In this document: piece by piece, positions 1 to 12,836 of the stretch
How positions within the stretch are numbered: position 1 is the first letter of the stretch
Layout: each line of letters opens with the position of its first letter
NCBI RefSeq assembly: GCF_003918875.1
Contig: NW_025767297.1
Coordinates: forward strand, 558,001-622,000
Length of the DNA: 64,000 nt
Direction: 5' to 3'
From: Haliotis rubra
Lineage: Eukaryota
Made by a program: the position numbers and the translations under genes
Notes under the pieces: generated by a model
What the model saw: the letters and a program-made list of their open reading frames with translations, nothing else
The model's database searches: none
What the model was told of the DNA's origin: nothing

Positions 1-180
1 AGGAAACTTAATGGATTGATGGTTTGATAAACGCGATCATGTGGTTAGCTGCTCATAATATCGGCCACTAGATTTGAATATTATCACATGTATTTGTTTG
101 TTTGTTGTTTAACGAACGTCGCAGTAAGCAATGTAATATGTAATGGTAGCATGTATAAGGTGTCATGAATACTGCGTGTT

Positions 181-317
181 TGAGTGAGTGGGTAAGTCTA
201 GGTTTATGACGCTTTCTGGGGGACACCAGAATTGGGCTTCACACAGTGTACCCATGTGGGGAATCGAACCCGGGTCTTCGAGCGAACGCTTTAACCACTA
301 GGCTACCCCACCACCCC
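181..317 (-). mobile_element. tRNA-derived SINE family A, internally deleted copy
   Basis: Reverse complement has A-box-like TAGCCTAGTGG, B box GGTTCGATTCC and an (ACTC)n tail; matches the other family A copies. Confidence 0.85.
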
Positions 318-2661
318 TGTGTGTTTGAATACTGCTATATTTTGCGTAATACAACAAACACAAATAGTGTTAGATGTGCCGGAACGGCGATGAATAATTG
401 TATTAGTTTTCACGAGTGTCAATACACGGACGGGTTGGATGCAGCCTAGCACGCATATGGATGTGTTAAATGTATGGGATAATTTGTGCTTGAGATCATA
501 TGTTTCATTACTCCGTGCCAACATTAAATGGATGAAGAAATCGTGTATTTTGTTTCATCGGTTCCTGTTTCAGAAGTAGATCACTGGTACACACTTATAC
601 CCAAAAGGATTATATCACAATGTTCTTTTTTCAGATTCAATGGTTGACAGCGACTTCTCCATTGACGTACTTCATTAAATTCCTTGAACATAAAACTTCC
701 ACGCCAGAGGATAATCCATCTCACCTGCCGAAACAGATTCCATACATGTAGAATGACAAAAATAATGGACTGAAACTGATCACTGAAACTACGTTGACAC
801 CCGGTGTTCAACTTCTTTGAGAAGTTTCAAGAAGTTGAATGGTAGGACAACAAGGGATGAACATCATCTTTATCACCAGGTGTTCGCTTTAACCTTCAGC
901 AAGTCCAGCTCAACCTGTCAACTTATCTTATTTTCACCTTCATTCTACGTGTATTTCATACCTGTTATGTGACAAATTCGACGCCATTCAACAATAATAT
1001 AACTATGACGTCATAACACTGAAACAACGTCAAATGCAGCATTAGCAGAATAAAAAGGAACGTTGAATGAATTCAAAATGTATCAGTAATTTATTATTCA
1101 TATTGCAATGGGACGGTAATATCATTATATTTCCAAAGAAGTATTCATATTCAGACAAAAGTGATGAAGAGCATTGGATATTTTCAACCAATCATATTGC
1201 AAAAAGACATTCTCTGCAAGCCTGATTGGATGTGTCAGTTTTATTTACCGAGATTCCCAATGCTAGTCCATTACCACGACATGTCTCTTATTTAAAACAA
1301 ATATGAACCAACATTCACTTTTTCTACAGAGGTTATTACGTACCTTATGTTGTCAATACCTCTTGTGAAATCTGTTTATTCCGTTGGAAGTCTTATTTAA
1401 AAATCGCCATGATGTCTAAGTTCACCGCCCCGCAAAACTAAAACAAATCATTCTCAATTAACGTCACATCCACTTTCAGTATTTGACCGCACACTGATTT
1501 ACAAAAAAACTAACTAATCCCATTTGTTCCCTCAAAGTCAATAACGCAATGCATTAAAATCACACGGGGGCAACCTAACGGGACTATAATTAAACCTTTC
1601 ATTTGACGTCATTAGACGGTATACCATGCTATGACCTTTACGAAATTTGAGCAACCGACTAGTTGATTGAATTTTGCGTCAAACGTCCCAGGAAGCATGA
1701 AAAAGTACACAATGCAATTCCCATATTCTATATTATTCATAAAGAAATCATATTAGTTATTGTTTATTTGGTAAAACGCTTTTCAGCTGATGAAATCGTT
1801 GAGTTGTTTATCGGTGGATTAAGGCCCTTGACGATTACAGCGGGGAATAAAAGAGATTCTGATTGGTTGAGCCACTCGAGGGACCGTGAGCCGGAGAATA
1901 CATGGGAAGGACGTCCAATAGTGATGAAATACGTGCTCCATCAGTTTCTCTTTGTGGTGATAAAAAGAGATACACCGAGACGACATGGCGCTACTGTGTG
2001 AATATTGTGCAGAGTAGAATTAAATACTGTTAGAGTTTTTCAGATTGTAATGGTGACAGGAGTGGTCCGGAGATCTGAGGCAGCTTACCTAGTTGAGAAG
2101 AGTCGCGCCCCCAGTCGTGGCAGGATCCACTGATAATGGTTTGGAATCCCAAATTCGACCAGAGTGTGATCTGTGGCAGGTCAATATAGTCGCGGTGGGT
2201 TAAACAGTAAGTGAGTACACGTATCGCTGACACCTGATAACGGTGAATCTCACGATGAATCGTGCTATTGAATGTGTTACGGCAGATGTAACGTTGACGA
2301 TAGTGCTGTCGTATATGTAACATGTTTGTGCTTACTTTTTTAAGCTTGCGTTATTTTATTATATTTATTTATTTATTTATTATATATTAATTTATTTAGT
2401 TAATTATTTAATTGTCTATATATTTTATTTACTTTTATGTGTGTGTGTGGGGGGGAGAGTAGTCAATTCCTGACATCAGGGGCATAGTTTGTTTTCGTTG
2501 ATTTAACCTTCAAGTAGTCAATTCCTGCCACAGGTAAATGACGGGGAAATGTATCTATTACGGTGTCTTGCAATCAATCAAATCATGTTATCTGACTTCC
2601 TGATAAAAAGGTCTCTTGCAGCAAGCATTTTGGGTTACTAGTCTTCAATTCTTATCAGACG

Positions 2662-2788
2662 TGGTACTAATCTACTATCCCATGGTACTAATATACTATC
2701 CCATGGTACTAATATACCATCCCATGGTACTAATCTACTATCCCATGGTACTAATATACTATCCGATGGTACTAATATACCATCCCAT
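2662..2788. repeat. 21-bp minisatellite (GGTACTAATATACTATCCCAT, ~6 units) at the Tc1 left end
   Basis: Direct tandem units; they generate the spurious MVLIYYP ORF. Confidence 0.9.
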
Positions 2789-3645
2789 AAAGGAACGCAT
2801 AGGCATTTTGTATTTTTTAAATCTACGAATTCCCTATTGTGTTCAAACAATCGTCAAAATATGTAACAACAGCGTTGATAACATGATTTTACACAATTGC
2901 ACAAGTAAAAAATCGCCTTGACCTGAAAATGTTGATTTTGATGAGATTTCTTACAAAGATTAAAAAGGCATCGCCACAACGCAACAGAAATCACCTTCCA
3001 GTTGAAATTGTGTAGCAAAGAGCATGCACTGTCTGACTATAAAAACAGATTGCTTTCGGAAATTGGCGTTCGTTTTGAAGGAGTTTCAAGGTAAAATCAC
3101 TACGCCACGTCTTGACGCTGCGGCACGGAACATCGCCATTGAAAGAATGCACGATGGTGATTATCAATCTTCTGATGCCAGGCGTCTGAATGTTAGTCTG
3201 AGCAGGATATCACGGCTTGCAGCTCGTTACAACCAAACAGGTATTACAAATAGCCGTCCCCGTACAGGCAGACCTCGAGTCACCACTGCAGCCCAAGATC
3301 GGTACATCCGGGTACTACATTTGCGTGATCGTACTGCCACGGTGAGAGCACAGCAACCAGGGTGCTTGGACTTCGGAGGATATCCGGCCAAACGGTACGG
3401 AGCAGGTTGAGAGAGACTGCACTGAGAGCCAGGATACCCGACGTCGGGACCGTGCTACGTCGTCGCCATCGCGCTCAACATCTCCCTTAACTAAAATTAT
3501 CCACTTGGTTGTACAGACATTTCCTTCTTCTAAACTGATGTATAAAATCTTGCACTAAAGTCTGTTTGTGGACGAGTTATACATGTTTGAAAATACAACA
3601 TTTTCGCAACAGATTTCTGGGTTATGCGTTTCTTTTTTGGAATAG
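2780..3645 (+). mobile_element. Internally deleted Tc1/mariner DNA transposon
   Basis: ORF 3024-3410 has the HTH region and SRPRTGRPRVTTAAQDRYIR linker motif. Imperfect TIRs CCATCCCATAAAGGAACGCATA / TATGCGTTTCTTTTTTGGAATAG flanked by TA. DDE domain absent. Confidence 0.85.
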
Positions 3646-5169
3646 TATATAAATGTTGAGATGAAATTGAATGATTCTATTGTAATGTACTTTTTAACTG
3701 ATTACCCCTAGACTTGCCTTTGCAGGTGTTTGTAGCGTCACCGGAGTTGCAGGATACGCTCATTTTTCCGCAAATACCTCGTATCTTCACAATCTGATCA
3801 ATAATGATTCGCAAACATATGATTCTGGAACAGCCGGGATCATATGAATGTCTAGTTTTTGCGCTTATATATATTTCAAATTTAAACAGAAGAACATAAC
3901 TGAAAACAAAATGCCAACCCAAAAAATCAAAGCTGGGAATGGTCATTGCAATAACTGTAGATCAAACCATTCTGTACCATGCTGGCAATGTATGACGTAA
4001 CGTTGGCACAAACTGCCTTCTCAAGAAGAACGGGGAATGGAAGCTTTGTTATTCCCCTCGTGACTACCTCTGAACAGCTGAGCGCGTCTTCATCTCCGAT
4101 CAGTAAAGAAATGTTTCAAGCATACATTTACGGAAATGCCAATCTTAACTGATACCTTCAATATTATGTCCGTGAAATATTAGAAATAATTTAATGGACA
4201 CATTTCGCGGCAGTTGGTCTCGTAAAGAAGCTTTTTAACTGCCTCAATGTGTACATATGGCGTCACAAGTCGTGCATCGCGCTATTTGAGTGAAATTGTC
4301 TGTACACTCAAGAGGCTCAAATGATTGTTATCGTTTCTGTTTCAGATCCTTCAGAAGTTTTTGCAACTTTTTACAGCGGCTCTTAAAGGAGGTTTTGTCT
4401 TGGAATAACATGCTGGTTTAAATGAAATCTGAAATCAGATATTGCTCGTGAAATAACATATTTTAGTTTAAACAAAATCAGACAAGAAGCAACGTACTGC
4501 ATAACTGATGTCTTCTCCATAACTTGATTGTCTGGTCAAGGCTCGACAATTCAACGGCCACAGTGGTGTGGCTGCAGTACTGGTGAGAATAGTCATTCAA
4601 CAAGACATGTTCTTTCTCATTGTCTTAGTGCCGGGTGTTACAGAATAATATAATATTTAGCTTATCCGTATGACGAACACCTGGTGTCACCACTGATCTT
4701 CAGTGAGTCTTTCTTATAACTTGTAGCACTATTTTACGTTTTACGCTAAATGGTTTGTGCTCTTAACGCCTCATTATTTGTTCAAATTCTCCCAAAACAT
4801 TTACTCTCCCTGTTGTTTTAATTGAAGTAAGCTTGAGAGCAAGCTAAGCACAGCAAATGACCCGTATTTCATTTCAGAGATCTGTTAGATGCATACGATT
4901 TTAAAGCTACTTCAATTAAATTTACAAACCTGCTGCCGGTACTCTTTTCACGAACACCTGGTTTCAAGGATGATTTTCGGTGTTTCCCAGGATAGTCAAA
5001 GACTGGGTATTGTTTTGCACCGATGTTCAGTATTTACTTCAACTGGGTAGATGCTTCTAACACCGCACTTATCGTTAATGATCATGGTATTTCCCTTTGT
5101 TTCTATTTCATTCATGTATTCTACATAATATATACATATTTTAAGGTATTTTATACTGTACGCTCGTGT

Positions 5170-5583
5170 TGGGCAAGGTGGGCGCTGCACTTGTAAGCCA
5201 AAGGTGCCTAAAGCTATCCCCTCTTCTGACCGGATGTAAAATCCTTGGAGTTAGCATTACTAGCATGCTCTCTCAGTGTTGTCACAACACAACCCTGTCC
5301 ACTTAACAGAACCCACTCATCCGATTGTAGGTGGACACACAAACACGTGCAGGCACCTAGTTGTCAGTAAGGTGCAGTATCATTGGACAAAGTACTGTGA
5401 ATATATGTACCTTGTGAGGAAGAGCCTGTGTGGTAACTCGTTGCTGCATGAGTTGAATACTCCCCAGGGAGTTGAGTTGATTAAAAAGAATGCGAGAATA
5501 AAGACATCCGTTGATCAAGGGAAAACTCCAGCGCCTTGAGCATGTACAAGTTGCTTAGATATGTGCACGATAATAATAATAAT
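5170..5583 (+). mobile_element. Probable SINE/LINE 3' portion ending in (TAA)n
   Basis: 3' segment ACTCCCCAGGGAGTTGAG...AGCGCCTTGAGC...(TAA)n resembles mollusc retroposon tails from recall; family not verified. Confidence 0.4.
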
Positions 5584-5585
5584 TT

Positions 5586-6820
5586 TTATTGTGTACTTTT
5601 GCACATATTTATTTATCGGATGATCCTCTGGTGATGCATGTCAAGAGTCATGATGAAAGCAAAGAATTCCACAGCTATTTTAAGTGTGCCAAGGTTGTTG
5701 GACAAAATCTGAAATTTGAGGTTGATTTTGTTGATGGCGATGTACTGCTGGACGGTACAACGATGGTAGTAAACCAGGCGAAGTCCTTCACCAAGTCTGC
5801 CCAGAGTCGGTCATTTGTGGAGAAGCTTTCTGAGAAGCCATTGCATCGTGTGTACATGCAGTGTGTGGAACAGAACAGCAATCCCACCGACTCCTTCGCC
5901 TAGATGAAGTCGGCTGGTCTTAAATGTGAAACTGAGGGCTTCCTTTTCGCTGCTCAGGACCAGTCACTTCCCACGCGCAATCACCTAAATGTGATTCTGA
6001 CAGAAAATATTTCCATGAAATGTCGATTGTGCAATGAATTTACAGAGACTGTCCAACACCTTGTCAGTGGATGCCCTTCCTTGGCACAAACAGCATATCT
6101 TAAACGACATGATGGCATGGCTCGTTGCTTTTACTACCGTCTCCGACATGCCTGTGGCTTTGACTCCGAGGTCCATCCATGGTACGACCCTGAACATGTC
6201 CAGGGCGTCATGGAAAATGATGCTTTCAAACTTCTCTGGAATAGGTCTATATACAGCCTGAGGAGAATTCCAGCCAACAAACCTGATCTTGTCCTTTTTG
6301 ATACAGCCAATGAATTTATATACATCATTGAATTTTCTGTCCCTTTTGACACCAATGTGATTGGCAAGATTCAGGAAAAGCATACTAAGTATGCGGACCT
6401 CGCCTTTGAAATGTCTCGATTGCATCCCAAGTACACTGTCGCCAGGCTCCCCATTGTTCTCGGTGCCCTTGGTTTGGTACCTCCTGATCTCTTGGCGCAG
6501 ATCAGGAGAGTGCCCGGGTTCTCCACCGGGAGTACAGCCCTTCTGACACTCGGGGTAATGCAGAAGGCTGCAGTGCTGGGGAGCCTTCATATTCTCCGGA
6601 AAGTTCTTGGTGGGTTCGACTAGGCAGTGTATCCTGGGAGAAGTCCCATTCGCTGTCTGGGCTGCGTGTAAAGAGGGCGAGGGCACTGAGCTGATGGTAA
6701 GCCTTACCAGCCTGACTGTGCCAGGATCACCCGAACCCTCACTGCTGCATTTTCATCTTTAATCTGTAAAACATAATAATAATAATAATAATAATAATAA
6801 TGCTGGTAATAATAATAATA
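5586..6820 (+). mobile_element. 5'-truncated R4/Dong-clade non-LTR retrotransposon (restriction-like endonuclease type)
   Basis: LKCETEGFLFAAQDQSLPTRN, CCHC knuckle CRLCNEFTETVQHLVSGC, RHD motif, PD..E..KY endonuclease (NKPDLV...IIEFSVP...KYADL); (TAA)n on both sides. Confidence 0.9.
5589..6623 (+). pseudogene. C-terminal part of retrotransposon ORF (zinc knuckle + RLE endonuclease), in-frame TAG at 5901-5903
   Basis: ORFs 5589-5903 and 5904-6623 are contiguous in one frame; the TAG is probably a mutated Trp codon. Confidence 0.85.
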
Positions 6821-7052
6821 ACTGGTTTTGTAAAATAACTAACTTGGATAAGGATATCAGACTTAGACAGAGTATGCCCCCAAGTCGACCAGACCTTTTC
6901 TTAACCCTGTATAGCCGAGAGACAGGTAAGGAAACAACAAGTACGATATTTGATCGAACCTGGAGCAAATAATCCAGTGATCAACAGTATGAGCATCGAT
7001 CTAGGCAACTGGGATGCATACACTTTATACAGACATTTGATTAAAGTGAACA

Positions 7053-7290
7053 AACCCGTGAAGATCCGGGTTAGAATTCATCTACAGTAACCCATGCTTG
7101 TCGTGAGAGGCAACTAACGGGATCGTGTGGTCAGGTTCGCTGAATTGGTTGACACATGTCATCGTATCCCAATTGCGTAGATCGATGCTCATGCTGTTGA
7201 TCACTGGGTTGTCTTTTCCAGATTCGATTTTTTACCGACCGCTGCCATGGAATATTGCTGGGTGCGGTGTAAAACTAAACTCGCTCACTC
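7053..7290 (+). mobile_element. SINE family B, full length
   Basis: Starts ACCCGTGAAGATCCGGGTTAG, ends AAAACTAAACTCGCTCACTC; 13-bp TSD ATTAAAGTGAACA at 7040-7052 and 7291-7303. Confidence 0.9.
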
Positions 7291-8575
7291 ATTAAAGTGA
7301 ACATCAATTGTGAAATGAACAGTAATCTTCGTCGGATTTTATTTTCTGTTGTTGTTTAAATACTTTCTATGGAAATAGTGGTTATTGCCGTTACCCCATG
7401 TCATGGTACGTTTACCTTCTTCGACGTTACTTATTGATAGTGTAGAATTCTGCAGCGTTCTTCATCAACTCGATTGACTTCATCATGGGCAATAAAGACA
7501 ACTTACTTCACATTAGGAATTACTAATTATTTGTCCCCCATGAATAAATGGGGTATGCGTCTCGCAAAGTATCATGAAGCGATGCATTATTTGACACGGA
7601 AGATATAATCCTTTCTTAAGCACTATCGTTATTGTCTGAACGTTACCATGGTGATTGGTTTATGGATTCCATAACAAACCCAGAAAGCATCCAACAGTCA
7701 TCATATGATAGTATCTCCATCTTCAGGTCATTACTGGAATCGTTTCAAGGACGCCTAATAGGGGTAAATACCACGTATTAGAACGTCACAACATCTCTTA
7801 TTAACGTTACAAGTCACCTACAATCGCATAGTTTCGTGAATAATTGAATCTATCGTTTATAATTGAATCCAATAGGGCATTAAATGAAGCAACAATTGAC
7901 TACATCCGTAAACAACAAGATTTATGGCCATGGTTCCTTTGATCGATGCTCAGTATATAAACGGTGCTTTGTGAATAAGACAATTGGTTTGAAACTGGTA
8001 GCAGTCTATCCCGTTGTGAGATGCGTGAATGGTTTCCACCAGTCTGACAGGAGCGTGGTTTATTCGCCTGTAACAAGCGGAGGCTTTGAAAAGCGATCTC
8101 GTTTTGGTTATCGATTCGTTTACATAGATCCTTCTCTATAAACATTCGAAAAGATTTCTGATAGTGTGTGACTTTTCAGAGGTCAAGAAGCGGTCAAACG
8201 TGGCTTGTTTACTTGCCAGCTATGGCAGCGGGTTCTTTCTTTATGTATTTCTGATTCAAAACGTTGTGCAGTCCTGAAGAATGGTGGTCGAATACTTACA
8301 TGTTTATACATGGTTATTGCCCATCTGTGCGGTATGTGCATAGGAGTGTTTAACATAAGAAGTACACCCTTTACTGCAATAGGGTGGTGATTATATTATT
8401 TACATTTAAGAAATGTTTACGTCCAGTGGCAGCAAATGTCTTTGACATTTGCATTGATGTATGATACATTGATGGGCGTCCAATTTATAGATCTGTACAA
8501 ACAGTTTTAAATGTACACGTGGCTGCATGCTGGTCAACGTAGGTTCAGGGAGTTATATTACATGGATGTAGGATA

Positions 8576-9546
8576 TTATCTTACCTTCACGTAAAATACT
8601 TTAATTTCATTGGTCAATGACGCTTTAACAAATTTCCGTGTCACCCCTCCCAGGAGGGTAACAACTGGAAAAAATATTATCCCACAGTAACAGCGAAACT
8701 CTCCGCCGAGAAGCTGTGTAACAATCGTATGACGTCATAATATGACGCATGCAGTGCCCGGAGATCGAAAACCGTTCGATGAGCTGTTTTTTAGTTCACT
8801 ATGTACACATTTATTTTATTAAATTATTTTATACATTGAATCGTTTGCACACTCAATTTAAACATAATTAACAATTTTTAAAGCAGTTTTAAGCTTGTCA
8901 GAATATGTTTCAATGATTTTAAAAATCCAGTCGAGAGATAGATGCCATTTTGTTTACATGTCATATAGTCGGTAACGATCTTCAAAATAAGATATAATGA
9001 TATTTTGTACATTTATTATGGCGGCAAGATCTCCCCCGAGTGTCTTTTGAAATCAAATATATCACCACGAGTTGATAAAGTAACAAATATCCGTGGCTTG
9101 CCGAGGATATTTTTATTTTTATCAACGAGTGTTGATATATTTGATATCAGAAGACACGAGGGTGAGATTCTATTTATCATCAAAAATCACTCTTCATTAG
9201 TTTTCAATGAAAAATGTACATCTCTGAACACAGTACTGCCATTAGATTTGCAGTGCAGTGATGTCATAGCATTGTGACGTCATCAAGTTCATGACGTCAT
9301 AGCATTGTCAGGGCATTGTGCAAAATCTACTGTTCAAACGATATCTCGTCTGATCTCACACAAGCGATATCTCCCGTGGAACACAGTTTTGGATGAGAAA
9401 TACGTTGTATGCTTCTCCCTCGGGTAATACGGTCTGATGAACGCCTTTTTGTGTCAGTGTTACCCCTCGCCTACCGGCTCGGATGACACTGCTACAAAGA
9501 GGCGTACATCAGACCGTATTACCCTCCAGAGAAGCATACAACTTAT
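8576..9546 (+). mobile_element. Non-autonomous long-hairpin element with a nested related element (class unresolved; Crypton- or Helentron-like)
   Basis: Starts TTATCTTACC; long hairpins at 9029-9168 and 9404-9542; architecture shared with 61073-61442. Confidence 0.6.
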
Positions 9547-9689
9547 ACACTAGTATGCAAGGGGACGATGAAGGATATGTACTATGATGAAATCGATGAA
9601 AGATATGTAGTATGATGACATCAATGTAGGATAATCAGTTTTGACTGAAAACAGTATCTTATGTGATTCAGTGCAAAGACAAGATCCTG

Positions 9690-10110
9690 TAATCACCGTC
9701 TTCGCCATGCTCCTGGTTTTGATCTGTGGTAGAGGACGTAATGGTAAACGATAATCATAATATTCTTTGGAATAGGTCCGCACGCAGCCTCCGACATACC
9801 AAGGCCACCAAGCGTATCCTAATATTATCATGTATATCATTGAAATATCTGTTCAAGTGGACACATGCAAATATGCGGACATTGCTTACGACATGTTTTC
9901 CTTGCATCCCAGGAACTAAGATGACTGACTTTCCATATTCCCCGTGCCTTGGATTTTCCACGTCCCAATATTTTGAAAGACACTGGGAGAGTACCCGGGT
10001 TTCCTGGACCACACCCATACCCTCTGGGATGTGGGTAACGAAGTGTCTGAACTCTAGAAACGTTCCTTATTGTGAGAGAAGCCCAATTGTTTTATCAGGG
10101 TTTCGTGTGG
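9690..10110 (+). mobile_element. Old decayed R4/Dong-type endonuclease fragment
   Basis: VEDVMVNDNHNILWNRSARSLRHTKATK aligns with VQGVMENDAFKLLWNRSIYSLRRIPANK of the 5904-6623 ORF. Confidence 0.7.
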
Positions 10111-10186
10111 AGGGATCAAAGGCCCTGGTCTAGTGATAACCCATATCAGCGAGAGTTCCCCGAACGCTCCTTCGTTTATTGGTGTC

Positions 10187-10567
10187 CAGTGTGCGAAATA
10201 GTTTCCAAATTTTGCTACTCAGTCGGGATAGCTATGCTTGAAAGTTACTAGCCAACAAGATAATTCACTAGACATTTGAATGTAGAAACTAAGCAAAAGA
10301 TTACAGCTATAGATGAGAATACGATATTGTCGGCATGACACAGGTTTCATCCTTAAACTGCTAATATGATGAACCTCTTTATCAGGCCATAATCTTGCAT
10401 GACTTAAAAGTGTATTATAAATTAACAAGTCGGAGAGAGTGATATATTTACAAAATGACCCCATGAAAATTCACTAGCCAGTCGGGCCAGTGACTGTGGA
10501 GATTCACTGGCCCGCCTGGCCTTTTACTAGCCACAGGCTAGCGGGCCAGTGGCTATTTCGAACACTG
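10187..10567. mobile_element. hAT-type MITE
   Basis: TIRs CAGTGTGCGAAATAG / CTATTTCGAACACTG; 8-bp TSD TTGGTGTC / TTTGTGTC; subterminal CTAGCC/GGGCCAGTG repeats. Confidence 0.8.
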
Positions 10568-11414
10568 TTTGTGTCATTCCTTATAATGCTAATACCAACA
10601 GCAACGAAAGCAAAAAAAAAATCGGACATAATGTAAGTATGATTCTTACATGGACATATTGCGCTTATTAAATATAATCAAAATAGAGATATGAATTCAA
10701 TTAATGCGTGAAGAAATCATACATTCGATGATTATGTAGACACTCAATTTCATTACAAATCGTTATCAAATTAATAATGCCTATAAGAGAACCACGACAG
10801 TGCACCTTTAACGTCTGTGGAATGTTAAGGGTTAAATTAATTAATCACAATGAAAAGCCGGGCGTTGTGTCTGTGTTGTCTTAACATTTAATGTTCCTCA
10901 GTTCTAGCTTTGTCAACTTTCATAAATAAAAGCTTAATTTACCTCGCAAACTAAAGTAAATAAAGAAAAATAGCGCAATTAATTGCGTGAAAATAGCGTA
11001 ATGTGAAATTTGCGGCAGCTTAATCCATCATTTGTCAAGTTGCTGGGCTCTGAAGGTTAGTACAACACAGAATCAGCGCATCACAACCACTGATCACATA
11101 CACAACACAGAAATCAATTTTTCAACCGATTTCATGTTCGTAATATTTTTGTTCTCGGGATCAAGGCTCTGATTTCAAAGGGCAATGCTCAGTCAAAACA
11201 ATTGCTGGTCTCCATAAGCTTTCAAATGTCCGTATATAGCCTCGGTAAATTAATTACGTTATTACAAGTTTGGATTAAAAGGTATTGTGAAAGGTCTAGC
11301 GAGACCTATACGGGAGTATAACAAGCCTATCAAAACTGGATCACTGAAGTCGAATTGCTGAGGTGCAGTGGTTTCTGTACGAGTAAACATGCAATTATAT
11401 GTTACAATAGGTTT

Positions 11415-11635
11415 TGCTTGTTTGTTGTTTAACGGTACACTCAGCAATATCCCAGATACATGTCGACGATATGTAAATAATAGAGTCTGGACCAGACAAT
11501 CCAGTGATCAACATCGATCTACTCAACTGGGATTCGATGACATGTATCAGCGAGCCTGACCACCCGATCCCGTTAGTCGCCTCTTACCACAAGCATTGGT
11601 TACTGAAGACCAACTGTAACCAGGATCTTCACAAG
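11415..11635 (-). mobile_element. SINE family B
   Basis: Reverse complement of the family B body and head. Confidence 0.8.
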
Positions 11636-11736
11636 TGTCCAATAATATGAGTCGTTTCAACAGTATTGGGTTTTCCTTCGTCATTCGATCTCTAACGTAC
11701 CTTTTGATTGGTTAATGTTTACAGTAACATTGAGCG

Positions 11737-11915
11737 CCGGGGTAGCCTAGGGATTAAAGCTTTTAAATTGCTCCTTACGCCAAAAACACGATTCCCTACA
11801 TTCCCGTTCGATTCCCTACATGGGTATAATGTGTGAAGCTCATACCTGGTGTCACCTGCCGTGATGTTGCTGGAATATTGCTGGAATATTGCTAAAAACG
11901 GAATTAAACCATACT
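11737..11915 (+). mobile_element. SINE family A, degenerate
   Basis: GGGTAGCCTAGGGATTAAAGC...GTTCGATTCC...GGAATATTGCTAAAA. Confidence 0.7.
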
Positions 11916-12667
11916 TACAGCAACAGTTCAACGTCATTCAAAGAAGACCATGGTTTGTATTGCCAGCAATGCCAGATTCTGCCAGACTGTGATGACACTA
12001 CTGTACCAATTGCCTCCGGAGGCAACCAAGGGATGGGTCCACATAATACACATTTGTATCTTATCCAAATATTTCTATTTGCTTGCGTACCATATGCTTG
12101 AAACCCTTTTTTCACAAATGAACAACAAGAACAAACATATTCATGGCATGTATCACTTACTTGACACCGACATTTGAATCTATATCGAATCGTCGCCTTT
12201 CACAATAGAGAAGTTGTATATCCATAAATAGTATCATTATTCTCCAAACATATTTTGTCTTATACCACACTCATAATCATTTCAATACTATAGCTGGTTA
12301 ATCGAATCTGGACATGAAAACCAGTGATTGACAACATGAGCACTGCGAACATGCCTCGCAAATGACAATTAAAAATTCTGACACGTAATCATTATGGGTG
12401 ACTATTGGTTACTCTTATCGAACAGAAACCACAATAAACTGACAGTGATAACATCATGCTGTGTTCTAAATACAGAAACATACTTCACTTATTAATTTGA
12501 ACAATACATAAACACGATTTTACAGCTAGGGTTACCGTTAATTGCCCCATGGCCCATTGTCTCATAACCCTCAGTACTATCTATTCATAATGGATTGGAC
12601 AGTATCTTACATTTGATCAGAACAAAAAACTAGATTGCAAAGATGTAATGAAGACATGCCCATAATT

Positions 12668-12836
12668 GACTGGCTGACTGACTGGTTTTACGCCGGTTTT
12701 AGCAATATTCCAGCAACATCATGGCGGGGGACACCAGAAATGGGCTTTACACATTGTGCCCATGTGGGGATTCGAACCCGGGTCTTCGGCGTGACGAGCC
12801 AACGCTTTAACCATTAGGCTACCCCACCGACCCCCC
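12668..12836 (-). mobile_element. SINE family A
   Basis: Near-consensus reverse complement with A and B boxes. Confidence 0.9.

Noticed and set aside
620-4390. Possible plus-strand exons (acceptors at ~634 and ~4345, donor GTAAGT at ~2207, CCAAT-like box at ~1862)
   Set aside because: Only isolated splice-like signals; the peptides are short and unrecognisable
5985-6686. 233-aa minus-strand ORF
   Set aside because: Antisense shadow of the retrotransposon ORF
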